A stretch of 64,000 nucleotides of DNA. It comes from Basidiobolus meristosporus CBS 931.73. Taxonomy: Eukaryota > Fungi > Basidiobolomycota. Shown here piece after piece: positions 52,572 through 62,983 of this stretch. The notes under the pieces were generated by a model. It was given only the letters and a program-made list of their open reading frames with translations. It searched no databases and had not been told where the DNA came from. Each line of letters starts with the position of its first letter. The first letter of the stretch is position 1. The position numbers and the translations under genes were made by a program. The stretch is taken from assembly GCA_002104905.1 (NCBI GenBank), contig MCFE01000141.1:92973-156972 (forward strand), written 5' to 3'.

Positions 52572-55500
52572 CTCATAAATCATATCCACCACCATCACAC
52601 ACGTCAATAAATCATATTCAGTGAAACGTATTTCCCAAGCTAGATCGATTATCGAACGATGATTTTTAGTGATTCCGGGATGTTTCCAATGGAGATCCCT
52701 CTTTGGAAATGATCTGGATAATACAAGATACGAGATTGCTTGTTCAACAACTGGTGGCGTATTTCGCGATCACCCAATGCTCATCAACTTGATTAACCCC
52801 AAACACCATTAGTTGGAATTTTGGTTACTGATCCCGCCCGCAGCCTCTCAATATTCGTGTATAAAGCCTTCATTTGGCTGGTTTTTGGCCATCATTGGTT
52901 CCACTCTCCACCTTCTGGGTAAATCGAAGTTCTCTGTGAAATGATGGAATTCTCGTGTGATAAGCTAGAATGACAGATTGCTGATCCGGTGCGTAGCTCG
53001 TCATTGACACACTACTCCATGCGGCTATGGATATGTATCACTCTTACAAGTGCTAGAACGCCAAAAGGTTATTTTGTTCTTGTGCACCCTTACACGAGTT
53101 AGCTGGATGCACAGTTTTTTGGATCAAAAACTCACCGCCAAGTTTATGTTGTTGCCAGACAATCGGCAATAGCCAATTGATGAATGAGCATTATCGCGAT
53201 AAATCAAGCCGGTTATATCAAACGGGCCAGATTGTTGATCTATATCTGGATACTTTGATAAGCAGCAGATCAGCATTGTAGTAATCCTTTACGCAAGCGA
53301 TCGGTTTGCATGAAGTGAATAGCTGTATCTCCTATTTTTCTCCTAACCCTTACTACACTCACAACAGAAAATATGTTCAGTGTCATCATCGCTGACGCCA
53401 CAGGTACAGCTCAGACAACTCGGGGTAGTTATATTAAAGCTACAAGGTCATCAGGTCACACGTGCCCAAGTGTTCATACAGTAGTGATAACAACAGCTGG
53501 TATGAAAAATGCTAAATTTCTCCAATACCCACGACAAATATCACAAGAGATGCAATCAACCCTGCTCTAAGGACCGGGATTTAAGATGCTGCTGCGGTGG
53601 CTTCGGACATTACACTCACCAACAAAAGGGATGCAGCTTTACTCATTGATTTTCCGATGCTCAGACGGAGGTATAAACCTATCGTCCCGGACCATGCGAA
53701 TCTCCCGAATAGAGAACACACTGCCATGGCTTCGCTGATCTGGAATTGGAACAATACACCAGCATTCTAATCCATCTAAAACCAACACCTTCTCTATACT
53801 ACCACACGGCAATGCTATTCCTTGAATCGCTATCCTTCAATCAACAAATAGTAGTGATCATGGAAACGCTGCCTGCATGAGCCTCGGTAAATTCTGGTAT
53901 ATTAACTTTGGGAATATTCGAATCATGTTCATTGTTTATGGAACGGAATGCTGAAATAAAATCTATTTGGTAGACAGTGTTGTCCTAATCCTAACCGGTA
54001 AACGTGAATCCATATTCCCAAAATAAGACTTGCAGCTGATTGGTTGACCAGGTACAAGTATGCCCAGGAATGCATTCTTGGATTCAGCCTGTAATGAATC
54101 TTATTTGCCAGCTTCCGATCAGTAAATGGCAATCTATACTAGTCTAGCTACTTTTGGACATCTATCCCATAACAATGACGGATTTCAGAATGGTGTTCGT
54201 AGTAAGAAATCTCAATAGTGGCATTGCGGGAATCTCCTCCAATCTACTAGATATGTATAAAGAACTAAGGTGCGATACCCAAGTGATGTGACATGGGAAG
54301 GTCTCACACTCAAAATCTTTCTTCAGTGAATTCCAAATAATGGTGCCTTACCATGTGCTCGAGTGTAGTAGTTAGCCATGCTCAGGATCTATGCTGGGGT
54401 ATCAGAGATACCAAGATACATGACTTTGCCTTGCTGTACAAGAATATGATGACTGCCTATTGTTTCTTTAATTGATCCAGCCAATGAAGATCCACAACAT
54501 CAATCTAATCTGTTGGTAACTTACATCAAGAATCAAGAACACTCATAGGAAGACCCCTCTTGTGATTTACAGTGATTTTGCGCTTTCCCAGCCTGCGGTA
54601 ATAGCCTGATCCAAGTCTCGGTCCAACTTGACAATCATTGAAATCCAGTAACGTGCTCTTTATATACAACGTGCGAAACATTGTCACTGATAATATCTCA
54701 AGTGGTGAAAAATTCAAGATATATGAAAGTTAGTAGGCATGCCAGTAAGAAGAGTGTAACGGAGATTTTCACTAGAGCCAAATCCGATGCCCAGATTCTG
54801 AAGTCTGGTTAGCACAACCTCATTGCCAGTTAGACATGGGATAATTTTATAGCTTTGCTCAAAGTCTTCTTCAATCTTTCAATTTAGTTATTTATGTGAT
54901 ATTCGTTGTTTCTAAATCCACTCTTTTCAGCTGCTGGCATTGATCAGGATGAGGCAATGAATCATTTGGTGCCATGCTAAACGCATGGGACAGAGTTAAT
55001 TCTTACAATAGTCCAATCGGCCTTTACTTGATTTAGAGCCCACATCAATTGGTTGGTGGCTTCGTTAAGATGTAAATGCCAGTTCCTTTGGGAATCTCTT
55101 CTGTTCAGCAATATGTGATTAATCATCTGGATCAATGCTTACTAATTATACATTTTCGTCATCTTGCGTGCCAAAGTACGTAGCGCTATTTGGTAGCAGC
55201 ATTGAATTGATGGAATTAATGGTCTCGATGAACCACCCTTGGGTTCTTAGATCAAGTCCGAAATTTCCCCGAGTGGCAATCCTCTACACCAGAATCATCC
55301 GCAATTCAGGTTACTCTTTCAGCACGAGTCATGTTTACCGTGAAGGAGATAGGATAGATTGTTTGGGAAGATGATTGGACAAGATTGACGCGCTTGGGAG
55401 ATGGCTATTTATTAGTGGGCATATTGATTGGTACGTGGGTTTTCCACTGCGGGTAATGCGTGCACCCATGACCAGTCGTGAGCGGGAGAAAATCATGACT

Positions 55501-55761
55501 AGCTAAGCCTGTTCGACATGAATATTGTCGATTTGCCCAAACCAAACAACCTTCTTGCTTAATAATCCTAGCCTTTGATGCTGTTTGGCCCGGCTCTTTG
55601 AAGTAGCAGATTATCCTACCACTCATTGACCATGTCAGTTTCAGCTAACAAGAAGCCTTTCTCCCAAGGGATTTGTCAATTCTATATATACAGGTCTAAA
55701 CACGCACAGTGTTCTTCAGTTTTTACCACGTCCCTTCTGAAACCGTAGAATCTTGATCCAA

Positions 55762-57441
55762 ATGCTTAGGTTACTAGCTTTATTTCACTCAATACTGGTG
55801 CTCTTTCCTGGAACAACGCAGGCTTCTCCAATAGTGAAGAGGCAGGATTTTTCTGACAACACCGCCATCCTACTGCAAGGGGGAACGTTTATTACCTATA
55901 ATGAGACAACAGCTTCTCTCGAGGTAATTAATGGTTCTATGCTAATCATTAATGACACGATAGTCGAAATTGGAGCCAATCTCCCAAATCTCCCACCCCA
56001 CATCGAAATCGTCAACGTTACTGGCCGAATTATCACTCCCGGGTTCGTTGATACTCATCGTCATGGTTGGCAGACTGCGTTCCGCACACAGGGGGAAGAT
56101 CTCACTTTGGGCCGATATTTCTACACATTTGCTAATTTTGGTGCAGCTGCGCAAATATTCGATGCAGAAGACGTCTACATAGGACAGCTCATGGGCTTGT
56201 ACGAGGCCATCGATGCTGGTGTGACCAGTATCGTAGATCACGCACACCACACCTGGTCAAAAGAAACGGCTCAGGCGGGGCTTCAAGCATCTATTGATAG
56301 TGGAAATCGGGTTTGGTGGTGCTACGCAGTTCAACCCGTGCCTATTCAGAGCGACCCGTATGTATTGGACAAAAATACTACATCGTGGCAACTAGCTCAG
56401 ATTGCAGAAATGGTCACCAACAGGCCCTTGACCGGTGATCGAGTGAATATCGGCCTCGCGTATGATCAGTTGAACCTTCCGGAGGAGGAGGTTGCCAGCA
56501 TATTCGAGTTCGTCAAGTAAGATATCACAGAATGCCCCCTCGTGGTTCACCCAATAACTCGTATTCACAGAAAGCAAAATCTGTCGCTCATCACAACCCA
56601 CTACCTAGGGGGAGTATTTCAAGGTATGTTATAGTTCCCTGACGCCAAATAGTTCACTATGTTTACACACACGCGCTTGCTAGGCGAGTTTCATTCGATC
56701 GAAGTGCTAGACAAATACAGGCTGCTGGATATCGACACTCCTATTATTGTCTCTCATGCCTCATATATCACGCCGCAGGAAATAGAACTTCTTCGAAAGG
56801 CCAACCAGTATATATCCATCACCTCGGAATCAGAGATGCATTATGGCCATGGACATCCATATAGCTACAGTATTCAGGACCAGGGGTCCCTCGGGATAGA
56901 TACACACTTTACTTTCTCCTCTGATATTATCACCCAGATGAGAATGAACATGCAAACCACCAGGCTCACCATGTACAAAATGACTATTGAGCAAGGCCAT
57001 TTGCCGTCAAATACCGGTATGACCGTCAACCAAGCCTTTTTGATGGGGACTAGGAATGGTGGGCTTGCACTGAGAAGGGACGATATCGGCGTCTTGAAGG
57101 TCGGTGCGAAAGCTGACATAGTAGTCTTCGATACCAATCGACCAGGCCTGTTGGGATGGAAGGATGCTGTCGCCGCCATTGTATTGCACGCGAACACTGG
57201 GGATATCGAGCATGTTATAGTGGACGGAAAATTTCGAAAGAGAGACAGGAGACTGGTTGATGTTGATTGGATCACTTCTCAGGACCGCTTCCTGCGCAGT
57301 GCCGCTAAGATCTCAACCGCAATGGGAAAGGTTAACTTTGCAGCAATAAAGGATGGCGTTTTTGGACAAGTTCTTGGATATACTGACAGCCTTTTTGCAA
57401 AGACCCCCGAGGTGAACGTTACACGTGGCCCTTCTACTTGA
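55762..57441 (+). CDS. Metal-dependent amidohydrolase (TRZ/ATZ deaminase-like), predicted secreted; exons 55762-56516, 56571-56623, 56684-57441 (521 aa)
   Basis: ITPGFVDTHRH (HxH), AGVTSIVDH, SESEMHYGHG, LGIDT, G.L.VGAKADIVV; N-terminal signal peptide and KR site; two GT-AG introns of 54 and 60 nt keep the frame. Confidence 0.9.
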
Positions 57442-57945
57442 TGCTCTATCATTATCTGCGAATTCAATGCTTCATGTAAATCATTATTGTTAATTAAAAA
57501 GATCCTTGTGTCAGAATATTTAGCCATCCATGTCATAGTATGGCATGGACATGACCAAGCAGACCGTAATTAGCATTGATGCAAGCAGTTAGTGGGATCC
57601 GGAAAGGGCTGTTATTTAATTTAGAATATTGTCAAATTTTAAAAAGTGGTTCTTATGGCGTGAATATAAATCATCACCGGAATTCTAATTATCTACACTG
57701 AGGATGAATAATAAGTACCAGAGGTTAACCGTAATCGTAATATTGTGAATCCGCACGCATTACATATGGGCCGGTGTAGCAATACCAAGTGCGAGTAGTG
57801 AGTTTATAGCACATGGCGTTTATTCAGGAAGGGGTAAGGGGTGACTAGTTTTATGCTATTTTAACAAATGCGCGAACAAACCTTCCAAGCATATACACTT
57901 GCAGGCACTGGAACTGAGGCTTGATGCGTAAGCTGTCAATTAGAT

Positions 57946-58187
57946 TTAGGGGAGGAAAAGTCACCAAGTTGGTGAAATTTTTATGTGCTTTTAAGAACTA
58001 ATCGAAGTACAAACAAAGAAGCCAATTAAGAGGTAGAGAACCTCTCTAATAAGTAATCTAATTATGCTTTGATTCATGTCCAATTATGGTGTCAATAAAA
58101 TAAAGTTCATCAGGTGTAAATATGCAAATAATAACCTTAAGTAAGTCCTAAGATGCAATCCCCCATGCAACTCCCATATTCTTTAGT
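57946..58187 (-). mobile_element. Telomeric array unit U1: 242-bp 3'-end remnant of a non-LTR element
   Basis: TTAGGGG-AGGAAAAGTCACCAAGTTGGTGAAATTTTTAT junction motif and downstream AAAGAAGCCA, shared with U2-U5. Confidence 0.75.
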
Positions 58188-59171
58188 TTAGGGGGAGGGA
58201 AAGTCACCAAGGTAGGTGAAATCTTTATTTGATTTCAGACAAGTCTAACTACAAATAAAGAAGCCAGCTGGGAATAGAAGATTCCCAAAGTAAACACTAA
58301 GTTGAATATGAATAAATCTAAGCTAAAGTTAAGGCAGTATCCCAGTGTACACTGGAGTTCAGGTTCATGGGGGAGTGAAGTAGATAAGCTTGAGAGATAT
58401 AATAATCTTTTAGGAAGTGGGTAACAGCAGGTGAAGGGGAGTTTTTGATAAGTGAAGTAAATCTGGAGAGCAGAGATTCCCTTAATGAGAAGGTCTCATA
58501 AACTGGAGAATCAGGAAACTCTTTAAAGGCATGGTCAGTAGGTTCCCAGAAAAACTGATCAGAGATATTTTGAGAGAATTGTTTAGCAATACTTTTGTCA
58601 AGTACTACCTCCACAATGTGATGGTTGATAAATCTCATGTTAACAATCTTGGATAAATTATAACCTTGTTGCTTGAGATACATCCTATGCTCAGATATAG
58701 GAATAAGCTCCACATTGGCAAAGTAGCAGACAGCCCAGTCAGTAGCAGGAGGCAAATCAGAAGTGGCAGGAAACTTTCTTTTAGTCTTGGGAGGAGCAGC
58801 AGGGTGTCTTGAGGAAGCACGAACAGACTTTTTGACAGTTTCAGAGTAGGAAGAGTGAGCAGGAGCAGATGGTACTTGTGGAGTCTTGTTGACAGGAAGA
58901 GTTTGCACAGGGACAATAGATTCTTGCAGATCAGAGAAGGCAGAAAACAGCTTTTGAACTTGTTTATTAAGTAGAGCATTTTCAGCTTCAACAAGTGCAA
59001 GCCTTTCTTCAAGGAAAGAAATCTGAAGGGAATGGAGTGAAGGCATAAGATATAAGAAAAGAGGGTAGGATGGGGAGGGTGGGTGGGAATGTTAGCAGGG
59101 AGATGAGAAGGAAGGAGCAAAAATTCAAGAAGTCAGAATTTATAGATGGATGGACAAGGGTAGATGGAGAG
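58188..59171 (-). mobile_element. Telomeric array unit U2: 984-bp ORF1-only non-autonomous element
   Basis: Same 3' motif; intact ORF1 followed directly by a ~130-bp 3' UTR; no ORF2 sequence. Confidence 0.85.
58318..59046 (-). CDS. ORF1 (Gag-like nucleic-acid chaperone) of U2, 242 aa: N-terminal coiled coil plus RRM-like domain
   Basis: Uninterrupted ATG ORF; LPPATDWAVCYF..PIS..R..L....LSKIVN.....IVEVVLD aligns with U5 ORF1 LPPASTWTVVYL..PIS..R..L....LSRIVN.....ILEVILD. Confidence 0.85.
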   Translation of the reverse strand: MPSLHSLQISFLEERLALVEAENALLNKQVQKLFSAFSDLQESIVPVQTLPVNKTPQVPSAPAHSSYSETVKKSVRASSRHPAAPPKTKRKFPATSDLPPATDWAVCYFANVELIPISEHRMYLKQQGYNLSKIVNMRFINHHIVEVVLDKSIAKQFSQNISDQFFWEPTDHAFKEFPDSPVYETFSLRESLLSRFTSLIKNSPSPAVTHFLKDYYISQAYLLHSPMNLNSSVHWDTALTLA

Positions 59172-59530
59172 TTAGGGGGGAGGAAAGTCACCAAGTGGTG
59201 AAATCTTTATTTACTTATGACAAGTATTTAAAGTAGCCAATTTAATCTGAAGTAATACCTAGTAAGCTAGGTCTGAGAGATATCTTCCTGGTAAGCCAGG
59301 TCTGAGAGTTGAGAAGCTGAGTGGTACTGTATTTCCTAGTTAGCTAGGTCTGAGAGATATCTTCCTGGTAAGCCAGGTCTGAGAGTTGAGAAGCTGAGTG
59401 GTACTGTATTTCCTAGTTAGCTAGGTCTGAGAGAGGTTTCCTGAAAAGCCAGGCCTGAGAAGTGAAAATCTGAGTATATCTGAGGTCAGTTGTACTTGTT
59501 TGCGGTAGCTGAATTGTGGCTGTTGTGGCC
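59172..59530 (-). mobile_element. Telomeric array unit U3: 359-bp non-coding 3'-end unit with internal tandem repeats
   Basis: GTTAGGGGGG-AGGAAAGTCACCAAGTGGTGAAATCTTTATT junction motif. Confidence 0.78.
59265..59460. repeat. 77-bp tandem repeat, about 2.5 copies
   Basis: agctaggtctgagaga starts at 59265, 59342 and 59419; the first two copies are identical. Confidence 0.92.
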
Positions 59531-60146
59531 AGGGTTGGGGGGGGGAGACAGTCACAAACAGGTGAAATCTTTATTCTGGTTGAAACAAAGAAGCTAGCAC
59601 TACTGTTGTGGCTTTGATACAAGAGTGTGTAGCTGAGGGGAATTTGTAGGTAAGCTTACAAGAAGTGATGATAGTTCTTCAGTGCTCAAGACACTGTTCA
59701 GTGGGAAGGGGGGTAGCAAGAGGGGTAAGAATGATTTGTGAACAACATTAATGAGGGGAACATGATATGGATTGATATTCATCATAAAGGGAGTGTGCTG
59801 CTGCAGATATTGCTGCCAAAGGTCTGTCAAGTACTTCAGGTAGGCCAGTTTGGGTTTTTCTGACTGCAGAATATAGTGAGCAAACTTCTTGACTTCAGGA
59901 TCTCCAAGTATAGTTCTCCAGCAGGAGCCAGGTGTAGTGTGGTGTGTTCTCTTCCAGGCCTTGACTAGTGGGCTGTTGAGTGGTGAAGTATGAGATATAA
60001 TCTGGTTCTGAGGTAGAATAGTCTGATCTTGTAGGGCATAAAACCAAAAGCACCAAGAATAGCATGTCTGTAGGGGCATTCAGGCAGATGAGGCACCAGA
60101 GATGTAATGCACCAGACTGCAAACTTGTCAAGTTTAGTGCAGTCTC
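59531..60146 (-). mobile_element. Telomeric array unit U4: heavily 5'-truncated copy (ORF2 C-terminus plus 3' UTR) of the autonomous LINE
   Basis: Colinear with 60152-60755 of U5, with substitutions and a 1-nt deletion; junction AGGGTTGGGGGGGGG-AGACAGTCAC. Confidence 0.92.
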
Positions 60147-60214
60147 TAGGGTTAGGGGGGAGACAGTCACCAACAGGTGAAATCTTTATTTCAGTTGAAA
60201 CAAAGAAGCCAGCG

Positions 60215-62983
60215 CTACTGTTGTAGCTTTGATACAAGAGTGTGTAGCTGAGGGGAATTTGTAGGTAAGTTAATAAGAAGTGATGATAGTTCTTCAGTGC
60301 TAAACACACTGTTCAGTGGGAAGGGGGGTAGCAAGAGAGGTAAGAATGACTTGTGAACAACATTAATGAGGGGAATGTGATAAGGATTGATATTCATCAT
60401 AAAGGGGGTGTGCTGCTGCAGATATTGCTGCCAAAGGTCTGTCAAGTACTTCAGGTAGGCCAGCTTGGGTTTTTCTGACTGCAGAATATAGTGAGCAAAC
60501 TTCTTGACTTCAGGATCTCCAAGTATAGTTCTCCAGCAGGAGCCAGGTGTTGTGTGGTGTGTTCTCTTCCAGGCCTTAATCAGTGGGTTGTTGCAGTTGT
60601 GAAGTCTGAGGTATAATCTGGTTCTAAGGTAGAGAAGTCTGATCTTATAGGGCATAAACCCAAAAGCACCAAGAATAGCATGTCTGTAGGGGCATTCAGG
60701 CATATGAGGCACCAAGGAGGTAATGCACCATACTGCAAACTTGTCAAGCTTAGTGCAGTCTCTAGAAGTAAGAGAGAGAAGTGGTAAGCCAAATTCCAGG
60801 ACAGGGAAGACAAACTGCTTGAGTAGAAGGAGGCAGCTTGGAGCTGAAGTTGTAGGAGGAGTAACAGCCAGTAGCTTGTGGAGTGCCTGTCTTGCCAGGA
60901 TAATTCTCTTCTTCAGGTGTGCTCCAGAGTCTAGTCCAGTAGGAAGGAAAGGAAAGCCAAGATATGTAGCAGAAACCTGAGCAGGTAGAGTGGAGTTCTC
61001 CAAGTTGATGGGAGAGCCCAAAGGTACTGTCTTTGCAATGGAAAGCTGGAGATTATTCTTCTGCAGATACTGGTGGATGGTCTGGGAGTCTTGTTGCACA
61101 TTGGAGGAGGATATTCTGATGTCATCAGCAAAGAGAGTAACCAGGCAGTCAGCTGAGAGTCTTGGGAAATCATTCAGGAAGATGGCAAACAGTATAGGAC
61201 CAAGCACAGAGCCTTGAACCACTCCATTAGGAACTGAGAACACAGCTGATTGCTCACTTGGGTGCAGAATTCTTGCTTGTGGATCCAGAAACAGAGACCT
61301 GACAAGGAGGGTGAGAGAGGTATTGGAGAAGCATTGCAACTTGGACCAAAGCAGATTTCTGTCAACTGAATCAAAGGCCTTAGTAATATCAAACAGTACT
61401 GAGGGATACTTGCACTGGAGAGAGTGATCTTGGCTAAGTATGACTGCATATTCCAAGGAGAGGCCAGGAACAAAGCCAAACTGTGCAGGATGAAACTTGA
61501 GGGAGTCAGAGTAGAGCTCCTGAGCAAGCAGAAGCTCAAACACCTTTCTGCAGGTGGGCAGCAGAGATATTGGCCTGTAGGAGCTAGGATCCAGGTGCTT
61601 TCCTTTACCCTTGTACAGTGGCAGAACATTTGCAAAGGACCATTCCTCAGGAGTAGAAAGCTGGGCTGAGCATTGCTGAAACAGTGGAAGCAGAAGTGCA
61701 GACATGGCCTTGGTACTAGTCTTCAGAAGCTCATAAGAGATTGTGTCCACACCTGGAGCAGTAGAGTTGGGAAGCCTCTTGAGCACATTATGGATTCTCC
61801 TTTGATCAAGTGCAAGTGGGATGGGCAGAGTCTTGAAGTCAGGATGAAAGCCAGGAGTTGAGTACTGCTTTGTAGAGAAGAAGATGTTAGCCAGCTGTTC
61901 TGTTGAAGGTAACTTCCTGGAAGAGGGCCTCATTGCCCTGTAGAGTCTTGATACTGTTCTTGTTATAGAGTTGGAAGATTGCAGAGGCAAAGAACTCATA
62001 ATATGATCCCAGAGCTGAGTATGCAGAGTGTGGTGAATTGCCTTGGAGTGGTGTATTGCTGTCAGGAGGAGTTTCTCTGTTTTTGGGTTAGGGAAACTCA
62101 GGTAGCTTTGTTGCAGGGCTGAAACAATAGATTCCCATTTTCTTGAGGTAACAGCAGTAGTCTTGCATGGCAGTGAGAGGGAGGCAGACACCAGAATCAG
62201 ATGCTTCACAAAGAGCCAGGCATAGTTGAGATCATCTGGCAGAGAAAGTAGCAAACTGGCAAGCTTCAAGTAGTTCCCAAAGTCTTTCTTCTGAGTCTTG
62301 GTAGCTTTGTGGGTGAGCACAGTAAGTTTTGGCAGCTTCTTCTTCACAACTGGTTCCATAGAAAGGGACCAGGCTGGGTGGTCAGAGGCTCTCAAGGATC
62401 CTAACTCAGCTCCAGAGAATTGCTTAACTTCATTCACAAAGTAGAGGGCAGCAGCAGAAGGGCAGATCCAGTCAACACATCTTTTCTCAGATTGAGCACC
62501 TAGTGCTAGCAGGTGGCTTTCTCTCAGGAAGTTCAGTAGGAATGTAGACCTTGGCTTCATTCTTGCAGTCAGAGTAGTCTTGTTCTCAGGATGGGGAATG
62601 TTGAGATCTCCAAGCAAGATAACAGGTGTTGATATAGATTGCTGGTATTGCTGAACCTTCTGGCATATAACTTGCACTTCCTGAAGGGCAAGACTTGGAG
62701 GCAGATAGCAGAGCACCAGACTGATAGTTGGCAACTGGAGAGCAGCACAGTAAGGGGAGTAAAGAGGAACACAGAGCTGAGGAGTATTGATGGTAGAAGA
62801 GATGAAGCAGATAGAGGAGGTATTCTTTGTTCTAGGAGTAGAAAAGCAATATAGATTAGTCAAAAGTATAGAAGGTAGCTGAACATCAATCAAACACAGG
62901 AGGGAAAATCTTGAAAGAAGTCTCTCTAGAGTTGGTCTTGATGGCTGTATGCTGTTGCAGTTAAGCAACAGAACTACAGGTAG
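60215..62983 (-). CDS. LINE ORF2: APE endonuclease plus reverse transcriptase (922 codons, no initiating AUG)
   Basis: EN motifs LNCN, YLPP, LGDLN, VDW, SDH; RT motifs APGVDTI, YRPISLL, QFGF, FDITKAFDSV, GVVQGSVLGPILF, FADD, YLG; no stops; no C-terminal CCHC or RNase H recognised. Confidence 0.95.
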   Translation of the reverse strand, partial: LPVVLLLNCNSIQPSRPTLERLLSRFSLLCLIDVQLPSILLTNLYCFSTPRTKNTSSICFISSTINTPQLCVPLYSPYCAALQLPTISLVLCYLPPSLALQEVQVICQKVQQYQQSISTPVILLGDLNIPHPENKTTLTARMKPRSTFLLNFLRESHLLALGAQSEKRCVDWICPSAAALYFVNEVKQFSGAELGSLRASDHPAWSLSMEPVVKKKLPKLTVLTHKATKTQKKDFGNYLKLASLLLSLPDDLNYAWLFVKHLILVSASLSLPCKTTAVTSRKWESIVSALQQSYLSFPNPKTEKLLLTAIHHSKAIHHTLHTQLWDHIMSSLPLQSSNSITRTVSRLYRAMRPSSRKLPSTEQLANIFFSTKQYSTPGFHPDFKTLPIPLALDQRRIHNVLKRLPNSTAPGVDTISYELLKTSTKAMSALLLPLFQQCSAQLSTPEEWSFANVLPLYKGKGKHLDPSSYRPISLLPTCRKVFELLLAQELYSDSLKFHPAQFGFVPGLSLEYAVILSQDHSLQCKYPSVLFDITKAFDSVDRNLLWSKLQCFSNTSLTLLVRSLFLDPQARILHPSEQSAVFSVPNGVVQGSVLGPILFAIFLNDFPRLSADCLVTLFADDIRISSSNVQQDSQTIHQYLQKNNLQLSIAKTVPLGSPINLENSTLPAQVSATYLGFPFLPTGLDSGAHLKKRIILARQALHKLLAVTPPTTSAPSCLLLLKQFVFPVLEFGLPLLSLTSRDCTKLDKFAVWCITSLVPHMPECPYRHAILGAFGFMPYKIRLLYLRTRLYLRLHNCNNPLIKAWKRTHHTTPGSCWRTILGDPEVKKFAHYILQSEKPKLAYLKYLTDLWQQYLQQHTPFMMNINPYHIPLINVVHKSFLPLLLPPFPLNSVFSTEELSSLLINLPTNSPQLHTLVSKLQQ

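Noticed and set aside
57826-57860. GGGGTAAGGGG as a sixth, older telomeric junction
   Set aside because: It is not followed by the TCACC/GGTGA hairpin, TTTAT tract or AAGCCA motif that define the five accepted junctions.
59265-59460. CRISPR-like array
   Set aside because: Contiguous tandem repeats with no unique spacers, in a eukaryotic context with no cas genes.
60215-62983. Classifying the terminal element as Penelope-like (Athena/Coprina) or MoTeR
   Set aside because: It has an N-terminal APE-type endonuclease and LINE-type RT motifs, with no GIY-YIG or C-terminal restriction-like endonuclease visible.
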